From Octopus bimaculoides (lineage: Eukaryota), in NCBI RefSeq assembly GCF_001194135.2, contig NC_068985.1:18437040-18501039 (forward strand): 64,000 bases of DNA. Reading direction: 5' to 3'. Of this stretch, positions 1 to 11,652 are shown piece after piece. Each line of letters opens with the position of its first letter. The first letter of the stretch is position 1. The translations under genes were made by a program, and so were the position numbers. The notes beneath the pieces are model-generated. The model was not told the DNA's origin. It was given only the letters and a program-made list of their open reading frames with translations, and made no database searches.

Positions 1-399
1 ATACGGTAGGCTCTCTTTCTCCCATTCATTCTCTTTATTAAGCAATCTATCGTAGTGGCATCTCCAGACCTCTTTCTTTGCAGCCTCATTTAGTGCAAGC
101 GTACCATCATCCATGCGAACACATTTCTCTCCTACAACATCACTATTCTCTCTCCTACACTGTCTTGCAACACGAAATACCTTGAGTCTTTGGTCCTCAC
201 GGCGCAGAACATTGGCAAATCTTTTCTTATCTGCTTCCCCTCTGGCTAAATAAACCTGTCGCCTAGCCTCCCTTCTGGCAGATTGGTACAATTCCCTGCT
301 ACCACCGTTCTTCCAGTCCTTCCAAGCCTGTTTCTTTTGTCTAATAGCCCTGTCTACCTCCTTGTTCCACCACCACGTTACTCTGGGTCGAGAGGGGAC
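1..399 (-). mobile_element. RTE-clade LINE fragment (endonuclease-RT linker region)
   Basis: Minus-strand translation PRVTWWWNKEVDRAIRQKKQAWKDWK...VVGEKCVRMDDGTLALNE, then a frameshift, then WRCHYDRLLNKENEW. Typical of RTE ORFs. Runs off the window start. Confidence 0.85.
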
Positions 400-602
400 C
401 TTATATATATATATATATATATAATTATGTAGGGTAGGCCCTAAAAGCAACAAATTGCTCATTCTAAGAAATCCAAGTTGGAACTACTTGGCCATTAATA
501 TTAAAATAAAAGTTTCATCTCATCCATTTAGATTATAAATTATTTCATACTTAATGGAATAATTTTAGCATTGTAAGCTTATTTCTTATTCTTGTGTTTT
601 AA

Positions 603-816
603 CCCTTTTGTTACTATATTTCTGTTGAAATAATCTGCCTTTCATGTATTTTGAAAATAACAAGAAATTTAGTAAATAGTTATTATTATTAAGCTGGTAT
701 TTAGAACATTAAGTTAGCATAAAATGCTAATGAAAGTTTTTTTTTAGATCACTTTAAAACTGGAAGATTGTAATATAGCACCAATGACAGTGTCAGGTAG
801 GTAGGTTTCAAATGGG
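603..816 (-). mobile_element. piggyBac-type MITE (family G)
   Basis: TTAA-flanked with CCCTTT...GGG ends; reverse-complement match to copies at 35249 and 39183. Confidence 0.7.
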
Positions 817-854
817 TTAAAGATTAAAAAAAACCCACACCAACCAAAAGTATT

Positions 855-1000
855 TTACTAACATTCTGTTGAGGTTGACTTTACTTTTCATCCTTTCAGG
901 GTTGATAAAATAAGTACCAGTTGAGTACTGGGGTTGATGTAATTGACTTACCCCTCCTCCAAAATTGCTGGCCTTGTGCCAAAATTTGAAACCAATATTA
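855..1000 (+). mobile_element. SINE family E, 5'-truncated (carries gactttgcctttcatcctttcggggtcgataaa core, Nin/Deu-like)
   Basis: Matches full copies at 38562, 46484 and 58122. Confidence 0.7.
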
Positions 1001-1648
1001 TTCTGGTTTTTTTTTTTATATATATTCCTTTATCTTCTCTCTTACTAATTTTTTAATGAATTTTTCTTTATCACTGCAGACATTACACCTACAGTGTAAA
1101 GCAAGATTCATCATATTGCAAATATGATAATACTTTAAGTAATATGATATTTAATAATTTATAGATTCTCTGCTTAAAATAGATATTATATATTTTTGTT
1201 GCATTGTATATTTTGTTCATAGTTTTGATTCACAATCATTAAAATGTATTTGATGATTTGACAAGTTTAATTAATTTGATTTTGCTCATGTTAGTGAATA
1301 TATATATAATATGTATAAATTTACTAATAAAATTATATATTGGTCTCCTTTGGTGAATGTTGAATGACATTTCTATAGAAAACAACTTGAAACACTTCTT
1401 TATTTTGGTGTTTTAGTTTTCTTTCCATTCTTAAACACTTAGATTTTTATTAGCTAACCAAACAAAGCCAATTTTCCTTTTGTGCCACAGTACAATGATA
1501 AACTCAATTATTCAACATACTTATACTTTAATGAGTTTCATTAGCTTACGCTGTTGAATGCTGGTGTTGCTCTGAATCTGGAGACAGCTAGAAAGTCATT
1601 TTAGTACAAGATTTTAAATTTGTTCCTCCAGTCATCTCAGTATTAGAT

Positions 1649-1812
1649 CAGTGGGCGTCAACCATTTTTTGCCTATGGGCCCCATTGATTCCTATTTTAC
1701 TCTACTGGACCCTCATGTTAAACATTCTGTTATATTTTTATATAAAAAAAAAGAAATTATATTAAAAAAAGTGTTAAAATACTTTGTGTGTTGTAGAAGT
1801 ATAACCAATTTA
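1649..1812 (+). mobile_element. hAT/Charlie-type MITE, left part, truncated by SINE
   Basis: cagtgg..tcaacc..tttttgcctatgg.ccc..tgattcctattttactc start, shared with the full copy at 16327. Confidence 0.6.
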
Positions 1813-1819
1813 TTACTCT

Positions 1820-2190
1820 TTTACTCTTTTACATGTTTCAGTCTTTTGACTGGCCATGCTGGAGCACCGCCTTTAGTCGAGCAAATCGACCCCAGGACTT
1901 ATTCTTTAGAAGCCTAGTACTTATTCTATCGGTCTCTTTTGCCGAACCGCTAAGTTACGGGGACATAAACACACCAGCATCGGTTGTCAAGCGATGTTGG
2001 GGGGAGACAAACACAGACACACAAACACATACACACATACATATATATATACATATATACGACGGGCTTCTTTCAGTTTCCGTCTACCAAATCCACTCAC
2101 AAGGCTTTGGTCAGCCCGAGGCTATAGTAGAAGACACTTGCCCAAGGTGCCATGCAGTGGGACTGAACCCGGAACCACATGGTTGAGGAA
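1820..2190 (-). mobile_element. tRNA-headed SINE family A
   Basis: Reverse complement of the full copy at 9785-10185 (head, internal AT/GT microsatellite, conserved tail). Runs into a gap. Confidence 0.85.
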
Positions 2191-2632
2191 NNNNNNNNNN
2201 NNNNNNNNNNNNNNNNNNNNNNNNNNNNNNNNNNNNNNNNNNNNNNNNNNNNNNNNNNNNNNNNNNNNNNNNNNNNNNNNNNNNNNNNNNNNNNNNNNNN
2301 NNNNNNNNNNNNNNNNNNNNNNNNNNNNNNNNNNNNNNNNNNNNNNNNNNNNNNNNNNNNNNNNNNNNNNNNNNNNNNNNNNNNNNNNNNNNNNNNNNNN
2401 NNNNNNNNNNNNNNNNNNNNNNNNNNNNNNNNNNNNNNNNNNNNNNNNNNNNNNNNNNNNNNNNNNNNNNNNNNNNNNNNNNNNNNNNNNNNNNNNNNNN
2501 NNNNNNNNNNNNNNNNNNNNNNNNNNNNNNNNNNNNNNNNNNNNNNNNNNNNNNNNNNNNNNNNNNNNNNNNNNNNNNNNNNNNNNNNNNNNNNNNNNNN
2601 NNNNNNNNNNNNNNNNNNNNNNNNNNNNNNNN

Positions 2633-3003
2633 ATGTTTCAGTCTTTTGACTGGCCATGCTGGAGCACCGCCTTTAGTCGAGCAAATCGACCCCAGGACTT
2701 ATTCTTTGTAAGCCTGGTACTTATTCTATCGTTCTCTTTCGCCAAACTGCTAAGTTACGGGGACGTAAACACACCAGCATCGGTTGTCAAGCAATGTAGG
2801 GGGGCCAAACACAGACACACATACACACATGCATATACATATACACAAAGGGCTTCTTTCAGTTTCCGTCCACCAAATTCACTCACAGGGCTTTGGTCAG
2901 CCCGAGGCTATAGTAGAAGACACTTGCCCAAGGTGCCATGCAGTGGGACTGAACCCGGAACCACATGGTTGAGGAAGCAAGCTACTTACCACACAGCCAC
3001 TCC
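2633..3003 (-). mobile_element. tRNA-headed SINE family A
   Basis: Same family as 1820-2190; head ends ...gctacttaccacacagccactcc. Confidence 0.85.
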
Positions 3004-4383
3004 TTAACCAGTATAATATTTAAGCCGGATATGGCTGGATTAAATGCTAAAGGGTTAAAGCATGTGACTTTGCATATAGTATCTGGGGTGATCTTTTGAG
3101 TCTGACAAAAAAACAAAAGTGTGCTTTATGGTAATTACATGATATAATGATGTCTAGTTTGAAACAGTCTATATCATGTTAAATCCTTTCTTGTCTGAAG
3201 CATTTCTGTAAGAATGTCCTGAGTGTCCATGCTTGTTTTCAGGTACTTTTAGTTTGGTCTTGTTTCATGTTCTCAGTAATATAAATCTTTCCTTTCATAA
3301 GCCCCAAGTTATTCTGATGGTTGAATAAAAATTGGGAATGTGTATCATCTAAGATGTATGAATGCCAGAGAAACATGTCCTGTGTATCACATGTAGTACA
3401 TAGGACAGGCAAAAGGTTAAACTCATGCATAAGCATTAATGATTAGAATACAAACGTCCCCCTCCCCACCTGTGTACTACTTTTGTTTCCATAGTTTCGG
3501 AAGTGCATTGCTAGTCACTTCAAACAATTAGCTAAACAGAAAGCTGGAGTGTATTTGGTAAATATTTTGAACATTGACATTAATATTTTGAGAGAATGTA
3601 AGAATGTTGTCTCATTTCATTTCCTCCATTTCATAAAATTGTTTGTGCAGTCTCAAATTTTCTATTTCTTATTTGTCTGTATTAGCAGAAGTGTTGAAAA
3701 CAACAGAATTTTATGTCATGTTTCCTTTTCATTAGGAGCATTTTAATTGAGTTAATTAAAGTAGGTCTTGTCACATAAATGTTAGTCCTACCATATATGT
3801 GGTTTATATGGTGTTGAAAGCTCATGCTTTTAGAAATGATGCTTAGACTTGTCCGACAAACATAAATTAAGTCTAATATCAACTATATAAAATTGCTATT
3901 TAAAATCTTATCTTCATTTATTTAGCTTTTCTAATAAATTAAGTTGTTACAGAAAAATGGTGTTAAAGATAATCAGTTTTTTTTTTTTATTGTATATTCT
4001 ATATAATACTGGTCAGAAAAACAAGTTTAAAAAAATGAAGGAATTTTTATCTAGATGAACATTTATGTACAATATTTAACAATTCTTAAAATAGTTTGTA
4101 ATTGATATCTTTTTTTTTTTAATTGGCAAAAATTTTACATTTATAAATATCTTTATAAATGTTGAGTGAAAAACCTACTTGCTGGTATTAGTTACAGATG
4201 ACTATAAGCTTAGCAGCTTACCTTTACATATTAGATATGCCAGTGCCAAACTTTGTTTCTCTTCTGTATAGATAGAATTGATTTCTTAGATCATTTAGCT
4301 AGGTATATTGGTATTTTTAACGAAATTATTGGAGCACACAACTCTAGATTAAGGCATATTTTGGCTGAGTTGCTATTGAATCT

Positions 4384-4425
<42 letters not shown>

Positions 4426-5002
4426 CGGGGGGATAATAGGTAGGTGTATAGATTCACTTAAACAGTTTAGTACTTGCAGATTGAATGGAATTAATTGTTG
4501 GCTTGTAATACTGCCAGATAGCGGGAAATATATTAATATTCAACTTGTATAAATACTAAACAATTGAATTTGTAATTAGACTTTAACAGTAAGTTAATTT
4601 TTTGTAATTTATGTTAAAAATGTCAATATTTATACTTTTGTTTTATTCTCATTAATTAGCAGTTATTTTTAAAAATATGTTTTTAATTAATATATATATA
4701 TTTATTAAAAGTTAGCTTTCTTTGTTTTTTGTAGGACATTTTTTGAATTTGAGGAAGTTGCAATTTGCAGGGTTTTAATTGTTAATGAAGTCTTTTATTG
4801 TGAGTTTTAATTCATAGAATTGGTTTGGTATTTGAAGCTTTCCATGCAACTTAATAATAATAATAATAATAATGATGATGATAGAGGAATATAAAGGAAA
4901 TCAGAATTGAGGAACATAAAGGTATTCTGAATAGAGTGCCCAGTTGAACTGTTAGGTTTGCCTCCTTGGAACAGCCAGAATAATCAGGAAAATATTAAAT
5001 AG

Positions 5003-5246
5003 AAATAATACATTTCTAAATCTCTGAGAGATTTATGCAGTAGCAACACCATAAAGTGATAGTATGTTGTCAACTTAATGTGACAGTCCCATGAAAGGGA
5101 AGAATGCTACTGTTATTTAGCCCTAGGAAACACCGTTGGACTTGACACATTTCCTGTGTCAAATCCAACAAGAAACAGTGTTTCCTAGGGCTAAATAACA
5201 GTAGCATTCTTCCCTTTCATCGGACTAAGTCGACAACATACTATCA
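5003..5246. mobile_element. Fold-back non-autonomous element (Helentron/HINE-like architecture, inferred)
   Basis: Long inverted arms 5057-5246 plus a one-sided terminal hairpin taaatctctgagagattta (5017-5035). A homologous copy lies in reverse at 32924-33290. Confidence 0.6.
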
Positions 5247-5775
5247 AGTATTATATAGTTGACAAGAACAGAGAGCATGGTACCATAGGCTGCTCACAGC
5301 AAACCTGTTAGGCATGTAAGACTCCAGGAGTTCCAACAAAACTAGAATTGAATTTAAAAGAACAACAATAATGGTTTCAAATTTTAGTGCAAGGCTGGCC
5401 ATTTTAAGGAGAGAAGGTGGTAAATGATTTACCTCAACTCCAATATTTGAGTGTTCCTTTCTTTTTCAACCCCCAAAAGATGAAAGGAATGTTTTTAAAA
5501 GCTTCCTTTAAAGATATTTGGTAATATTCCTTTAGAGCTGCAAACATCGTTAAAACATAGTCATATTTCAATTTCTTCAACTTTGTAATATTTCCAAAAT
5601 GAATCAGGTATTGGAAAATGCTGACTTTTTTTTTCCTCGTTTTTTTTTTTTCATTTTTATTTCCTTTCAGACTGTTGAGTATTCTATATTTTTGGTGTGT
5701 GTGTATGACAGAGAGAAAGAGAGAGAGAGCAAATTCAGATTACATTGTCAAATGTAATGCTTATTTATTCACATT

Positions 5776-6125
5776 CATTATCATTTAACGTCCGCTTTCC
5801 ATGCTGGCATGGGTTGGACAGTTTGACTGAGAACTGGCAAGCTAGGAGGCTGCACCAGGCTCCAATCTGATCTGGCGAGGTTTCTACAGCTGGATGCCCT
5901 TCCTAACGCCAACCACTCTGGAAGTGTAGTGGATGCTTTTTACATTCCACCAGTACGGGGCCAGTCAGGCAGCACTGGCATTGACCTCGCTTTAATGGTG
6001 CTTTTTATGTGCCACTGGCATGGGAGCCAGTCCAGCAGCACAGGCATTGACCATGCTTGACTGGTGCTTTTTATGTGCCACCAGCACAGGTGCCAGTCAG
6101 GTGCTACTGGCATCGGCCACGACAA
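5776..6125 (-). mobile_element. SINE family B (RTE-like 3' tail ending in (GAT)n)
   Basis: tttaacgtccgctttccatgctggcatgggttggac...ggatgcccttcctaacgccaaccactc. More than 10 copies in the window. Confidence 0.8.
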
Positions 6126-6437
6126 CCATTTCACATTATCTTGTAGCTTAAAAATTTCAATGATGTGATTATTTTAGGATGACATTGTAGGGTTGATATG
6201 AGAGGCCAGATTTGGCTAGTTTGAACATAAAACAGGTAGAATATTTGGGCTGGATATGGCCAGTTTATACATGCCAAAAGGTTAAGAGTAACCAACAGCA
6301 GGGAAGTACCATTTTGCAAGCAAGAGTGAGTCTTTATAGTCACTTGACTTATTAGAAATAGCTACCTAGTCTACCTCACATTATACCATATTGTCTCAGA
6401 TAAGAAAAGGACACATTTAAGCCCTACATATGCTTAA

Positions 6438-7030
6438 CCCCTTAGCATTCAGATTACTCTGTCAAATGTAAACCATTGTTTTGAATTAATTGTACATTAT
6501 CTCTTAGCTTTGAGATTTCTAGGATGTGATTGTATATTTTTAAAATGACATCTGTAAGCAGCTACTTCTGGCCAGTTTGAACATAAAACAAGTAGGATGT
6601 TTATTTGGGCCTGATATGGCCAGTTTGAGGCGCAATGGCCCAGTGGTTAGGGCAGTGGACTCGCGGTTATAGGATCGCAGTTTCGATTCCTAGACCGGGC
6701 GTTGTGAGTGTTTATTGAGTGAAAACACCTAAAGCTCCACGAGGCTCCCGCAGGGGATGGTGGCGAACCCTGCTGTACTCTTTCACCACAACTTTCTCTC
6801 ACTCTTACTTCCTGTTTTTGTTGTGCCTGTAATTCAAAGGGTCAGCCTTGTCATACTGTGTCACGCTGAATATCCCCGAGAACTACGTTAAGGGTACATG
6901 TGTCTGTGGAGTGCTCAGCCACTTGCATGTTAATTTCACGAGCAGGCTGTTCTGTTGATCGGATTAACTGGAACCCTCGACGTCGTAAGCGACGGAGTGC
7001 CAACACCTGGCCAGTTGACATACTAAAAGG
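6438..7030 (+). mobile_element. piggyBac-type MITE family F interrupted by a SINE
   Basis: TTAA|CCCCTTAGCATT ... ACTAAAAGG|TTAA ends; body shared with copies at 23793, 25355, 35602, 36410, 48775 and 61100. Confidence 0.75.
6629..7005 (+). mobile_element. tRNA-derived SINE family C, full length
   Basis: Pol III A box TGGCCCAGTGGTT and B box GTTTCGATTCC; flanked by a tggccagtt duplication; reverse copy at 54092-54441. Confidence 0.85.
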
Positions 7031-7547
7031 TTAAAAGATGGGATAGTCATAAATGGAATGCTTTTGATCACATATCTGCTTGATCCAGGCTGACCTGGAA
7101 TTAAACGTTAAATTCTATGTTTTTATTCTGTTCAAACTCAGCATTTTTGGCATTATTCAACATCTTGATGTTATTATTGTCACAATACAAAAGCTATAAC
7201 AGCCTCCCGACAACAAAAATACATTAAAATATTCCACAAACATTAGATATGGCACTGTAAACAAAAACTCAGATCCATCTAATCTATTACTCTGGCCCTC
7301 AAAACCTGCCAGAAACAAATTCTTACAAAACCTTCTTCTTCACACAGAAGATTGCACATACATGTAGGTGCAGGTATGGCTGTATGGCTAAGAAGCTCAC
7401 TTGAGACTGCGTGAGTACAGACCTACTTTTTGACACTTTGGACAAGTATCTCTTATTATAGCCCCAAGCTGACTACTGCCTTCTCAGTGAATATAGTAGA
7501 CAAAAACCATGTGGAAGCCCATCATATATATATATATATATATTTTT

Positions 7548-7920
7548 ATTTATTTCCTTCATTTGACTGCAGCCATGCTGGAGCATCGCCTTTAGTCAAA
7601 CAAATTGAACTCAGGACTTATTCTTTATAAGCCTCATAGTTATTCTATCGGTCTCTTTTGCCAAACCACTAAGTTACGGGGATGTAAACATACCAGTATT
7701 GATTGTTAAGTGATGGTGGGGGGACAAACACAGACACACAAGCATATACACACACACACACATATACAACAAGCTTCTTTCAGTTTCTGTCTACCAAATC
7801 CACTCACAAGTCTCTGGTTGGCCTGAGGTTATAGTAGAAGATACTTGCCCAAGGTGTCACACAGTGGGACTGTACCCGGAACCATGTGGTTGGGAAGCAA
7901 ACTACTTACCACAGAGCCAT
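7548..7920 (-). mobile_element. SINE family A
   Basis: Diverged full copy of the family A consensus. Confidence 0.8.
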
Positions 7921-9034
7921 ATATAAATATATATATATATGAACAAATGGGTTCACTACAGCTGTTTCAGATGCATTTTTTATTAATGAACTAATCAATT
8001 ACATCATGAAATTAAAAAAAAACTATTTTCTTCAGGTGAATAAAAAATTTAAATCCAAAATTTAATACACACACACATAACTGTATGTTTGCATTTGTCC
8101 CCCACTACTACTTGGCAGCCAGTGTTTGTTGACATTCTTGTTACTTAGCTGTTTGATAAATGAGACTGATAGACTTAGAACCAAATTAAGATATGTGCTA
8201 AGGTCGATTTGTCCAACTAAACCCTTCAAGACAACGGTCCAGTATGGCTGCAGTCCAATGATTTAAACAAGTAAAGGATAAAAGATAAGATATTCCCCAA
8301 GCATAACATGACACTGCAAACAAAACCTCAAGTCCATCTAATCTGTCAGATCTACCTCAATCCTCAGAAACCTCCATAAACTGAAATTCTTAGAAAACTT
8401 CGTTCTTCACATAAAAGACTGTTAAGTCAGCCTTTAATTCAGAAAACCCATGATCAAAGGCATTCATGCTATGATCGTCCCACTTTTATTTGAGGTATAA
8501 TGTATCCAAAACTACATTATCTTGGATGTCTTCTCTCCGCCCCTCTCTCTTTAAGATGGTAGGGTATGATTTGAGGGAGATTTGCCTGCTATTTGTAGCA
8601 AGTCGACTGATTGCAAATAACTTGTCAAATATTATTTCAGATGGCTCATCATTTAATATTTATATTTTGTGAGGTGTTCAAATTCATGGCTTCAACTCAC
8701 ACAGCTCTGGCCAGCATCTACATATTTAACCAATGGCAAACACTCAGAAACATTACTTACACTACCACCTAACGTCTTTGTTTCTCTCTTGTGACCCAAA
8801 TAGACACCCATACATCAAAATTTCTATAACATTCATTACCTTTCAAGACCCAAACCTATGAGTTGCAATCCCTCTATAATAAAACACAGGGAAAATCTCG
8901 ACTATCCTGTACCAGCTATTCACTCTCTTGTTATTTCCACTACCAACAATGTGTTACAGACAAGAAGAAAGCTGAAAGAGATTTGTGTAGTCAGTTATAT
9001 TATTGTTCCCTTCAGAACTAAACATGGTACGATA

Positions 9035-9065
<31 letters not shown>

Positions 9066-9290
9066 AGCCTTATAGTCTAAACATAAATTACTGTTTGGTC
9101 TGTTGGTTCTGTGAATTGCTCATAAACATTCCATTATTTGCTTATGTGCCGTAAGTCAATTTAAAAAAAGTAAGCTAGGATTTGCATCTGTCTAGAGAAT
9201 TTGCTACAAATGAAAAACTACTCGTTTAAATAACTGATAGGATACAGATTTTAAGAAAGTGAGCTGGGTAGTAGATGTTTCCTCAGTCCC

Positions 9291-9322
<32 letters not shown>

Positions 9323-9784
9323 GATTGAATAGGAAAAGATGACATTTGAAGTGTTATGTGGTTCATTAAAAAAATTCGGGTGAGTTAAAAAAAAGTTTAA
9401 CTTTTTGGCATTTTCTTGTAGTATTAAATTGTTAATATCAAATTGGACCTCCTCCTACTTATGAGACTAGTGTTGTTAATTTTTGAGAAAGTATTTGGGT
9501 TGCATTGATGTACCCAGGAGTTGTACTTTCTACCCCTCTCTCTTTTCTTATTGGAGCAAACTTGTATTAGTTTGCATTATTTCCTTTCCGTTTTAACCCC
9601 TAGCAGGCATACTGACTCATATCAAAGAACCTGCAGAGAAGGTAGCTAATATAGTTTTAAATACTTTCATTCTTGCCAATTAAGAAGAACATCTTTAAGG
9701 AATTTTGTGGGTTTCTTGGAAAGAATTATTTTAAGCACAAACGCTTGTGTTAAATGTTAACTTCTTCTAAATGGTAAAGATAGG

Positions 9785-10185
9785 TGTAGGAGTGGCTGTG
9801 TGGTAAGTAGCTTGCTTACCAACCACATGGTTCCAGGTTCAGTCCCATCGCATGGCACCTTAGGCAAGTGTCTTCTACTAAAGCCTTGGGACGACCAAAG
9901 CCTTGTGAGTGGATTTGGTAGACAGTAACTGAAAGAAGCCTGTCATATATATATATATATGTATGTATATGTTTGTATGTCTGTGTTTGTCCTCCCCCCC
10001 ATCTCTTGGCAACCAATGTTGGTGTGTTTATGTCCCTGTAACTTAGCGGTCGGCAAAAAAAAAACAAAAAACAATAGAATAAGTACTAGGCTTATAAAGA
10101 ATAAGTCCTGAGTTTGATTTGTTCAACTAAAGGCGGTGCTCCAGCATGGCCACAGTCAAATGACTGAAACAAATAAAAGAAAGAA
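9785..10185 (+). mobile_element. SINE family A, full length
   Basis: Head gtggctgtgtggtaagtagcttgcttaccaaccacatggttccaggttcagtccc (A/B-box-like), central microsatellite, tail ...gactgaaacaaataaaaga. Confidence 0.88.
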
Positions 10186-10369
10186 TAAAACAGTATATTT
10201 TGGAATGTTTTGAATGGGCTATTAAAAAAAAGATTCTCATGTGGAAAGCCAAATAAATTGAAAACAGCAAGAATAATTCTAGGGAAGGGGAAAAATGTTT
10301 GAATTTCTGAGATGAGGAATTATCATTTTTATATAACTGGTGCTCCATTGGTTATGATAATGAATGTTC

Positions 10370-10665
10370 TAGTTGATCCAATCAATGAAACAACCTGCTC
10401 ATTAAATTAACATGTAAGTAGCTGAGTACTCCACAGACATGCGTACCCTTAACGTAGTTCTCAGGGAGATTCAGCATGAGACAGAATGTGACAAGGCTGG
10501 CCCTTTTGAATGACAGGTACAACTCATTTTTGCTAGCTGAGTGGACTAGAATAGCATGAAATAAAGTGTCTTGCTCAAGGACACAATGTGTGGCCAGGAA
10601 TTGAACTCATGCCTTTACGATTGTGAGCCAAATACTATAACTACTAAGTCACATGCCTTCATATT
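10370..10665 (-). mobile_element. SINE with family D head and family C tail
   Basis: Tail matches 6840-6980; head matches ...ccttgagcaagacactttatttc; a similar composite lies at 55175-55500. Confidence 0.65.
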
Positions 10666-10959
10666 ATGATTATTATACACTGATTTATTCAGATTAGTGT
10701 CCCAATCTTTCAGCCATTGTACAGTCTGACCTTCTTCATGTGCCTGCTGCATTTGGTAACATTCTTGTAATTTTTAATCAAACCATGGAGCCCAATGTCC
10801 ATGCCTGGGATATTTTAGTATTTGTTATTCTCATAGTTTGATGCCATGTGTGTGTGTAATGCACACACACTTTTAAAAATTATTTTGCTTGGGCATAGCA
10901 ATACTAATAGCCTGTCATTAGAACTATATATATATATATCCTTCAGAAAAAAAAAAAAC

Positions 10960-11112
10960 GTAGCTGTGTGGTAAGAAGCTTGCCTCCCAACCACATGGTT
11001 CTGGGTTCAGTCCAACTGTGTAGCACCTTGGGTAACTGTCTTCTACTACAGCCCCGGGCCAACCAAAGCCTTGTGAGTGGATTTGGTAGACGGAAACTGA
11101 AAGATGACTGTC

Positions 11113-11154
<42 letters not shown>

Positions 11155-11378
11155 TTATTTATGTGTGTGTGTCTTTGTGTCTGTGTTTGTCCCACCCCCA
11201 CCATCGCTTGACAAATGATGCTGATGTGTTTATGTCCCGGTAACTTAGCGGTTTGGCAAAAGCGACTGATAGAATAAGTACTAGGCTTACAAAGGATGTC
11301 TTGGGGTTGATTTCTTTGACTAAAGGTGGTGTTCCAGCTTGGCCACAGTCAAGTGACTGAAACATGTAAAAGAGTATC
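10960..11378 (+). mobile_element. SINE family A, full length
   Basis: Colinear with 9785-10185. Confidence 0.85.
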
Positions 11379-11404
11379 AATCGAGTACAGAACAGTAATA
11401 AGAA

Positions 11405-11652
11405 ATTAAATAAATGACAAGGGAATAAGAAATTATGTTATGTGCTTTATTAGCTTACAACTGTTTCTGCTATAAGATGCAATGAACCCATAGTTGAGTG
11501 CTTGTGCATCACCCTATAGATTCATCAGAACTTCAGTAATAAAGGGCAATTTTATTTGGGAAAGTATTTACATTTATCTATGTAAAGAAAGCATTACCAT
11601 AAAAAATGCAACTTCATGACATAATTTCTTATTCCCTTGTCATTTATTTAAT
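11405..11652 (-). ncRNA. Inverted-repeat-bounded element containing a putative type I hammerhead ribozyme
   Basis: Perfect 34-bp inverted repeat 11405-11438/11619-11652. Minus strand reads stem I-CUGAUGA-long stem II-GAAAC(AGUU)GUA-stem I'. Confidence 0.55.

Noticed and set aside
1820-3003. Two similar SINE A copies in direct orientation either side of a 442-N gap
   Set aside because: Could be tandem copies, two haplotypes or a scaffolding artefact; cannot be resolved across the gap.
6629-6705. tRNA-like sequences (also 35971 and other SINE heads)
   Set aside because: A and B boxes are present but there is no complete cloverleaf, and each continues into a repeated SINE body, so these are not tRNA genes.
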